Origin: Breznakia blatticola
GTDB lineage: Bacteria > Bacillota_I > Bacilli_A > Erysipelotrichales > Erysipelotrichaceae
Length of the DNA stretch: 32,000 nucleotides
NCBI RefSeq assembly: GCF_004365815.1
Contig: NZ_SODD01000003.1
Coordinates: 1 to 32,000, forward strand
Direction of reading: 5' to 3'
A model generated the notes under the pieces. That model was not told the DNA's origin. It did no database searches and worked only from the letters and a program-made list of their open reading frames with translations. Position numbers and translations under genes: made by a program. Positions 31,796 to 32,000 of the stretch are shown here, in pieces (the stretch's first letter is position 1; the number at the start of each line of letters is the position of its first letter).

Positions 31796-32000
31796 ACATC
31801 GATCCTAAAATACATAACACGAAGATACCAATAATAATGTAAATAGTTTTTACGTTCTTATTGAATAACCAAACACAGATAAATGTTGCTCCAAGTGGTA
31901 AGATACCAGGGAATATTTGATCAAAAATACTTTGTAAAGTTGTTTCCGTACCACCAAAGTTCATCGTTAGTGAAGTAGATAAAGTTACCATTGTGCCAAT
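31782..32000 (-). CDS. PTS mannose/fructose/sorbose-family IID component, 3' end only (the gene continues beyond the window)
   Basis: The frame is open to the window edge. The C-terminal sequence LQSIFDQIFPGILPLGATFICVWLFNKNVKTIYIIIGIFVLCILGS closely parallels the ManZ C-terminus (LQTVLDGIMPGLLPLALTFLCMWLLRKKVNPLWIIVGFFVIG). Confidence 0.8.
   Translation of the reverse strand: MGTMVTLSTSLTMNFGGTETTLQSIFDQIFPGILPLGATFICVWLFNKNVKTIYIIIGIFVLCILGSMCGIF

Overview
This is a visibly AT-rich, densely coding chromosomal segment with about 30 genes, most on the minus strand. It comes from a low-GC Bacillota organism. The gene content (a short SecA with no C-terminal Zn finger, secA-prfB, comFA-comFC, a fused Amt-PII) suggests an Erysipelotrichia-like lineage, but I cannot verify that without a search.

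Gene order, left to right:
- yitT-family gene, prfB (with its programmed +1 frameshift, which the ORF track splits), secA, and a cold-shock gene.
- A four-gene siderophore-type ABC importer (permease, permease, ATPase, lipoprotein).
- mscS-family channel and an AEC transporter.
- A MerR/BmrR-like regulator, divergent from a CAT-less PRD protein.
- comFC and comFA.
- An Lrp/AsnC regulator plus a class-I aminotransferase.
- A membrane-anchored NlpC/P60 hydrolase.
- An ammonium transporter fused to a P-II domain.
- An apparent operon: mnmE, tatD, Zn-ribbon membrane protein, RDD-PHP fusion.
- A COG2509-type FAD oxidoreductase, a small 2-TM protein and a GNAT.
- A vWA/MIDAS surface protein with an atypical sorting signal.
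- An aldo/keto reductase and a DUF5662/HD-like protein.
- The 3' end of a PTS-Man IID gene, a HAD hydrolase and an EutH-family permease.

I found no rRNA, tRNA, CRISPR array, transposase/integrase, phage genes or recognisable defence-island content. This looks like ordinary core genome. I cannot honestly point to a clear novel multi-gene system.

The items most worth a second look are:
- The MerR-type promoter driving a CAT-less PRD protein.
- The RDD-PHP fusion with eroded metal ligands and its Zn-ribbon partner.
- The Amt-PII fusion and the compound, strand-asymmetric RNA hairpin upstream of it.
- A non-Fur dyad operator on the iron-uptake promoter.
- The non-canonical sorting signal on the vWA protein.
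- The EutH-family permease outside any eut context.

All family assignments are by-eye motif recognition, not database searches.
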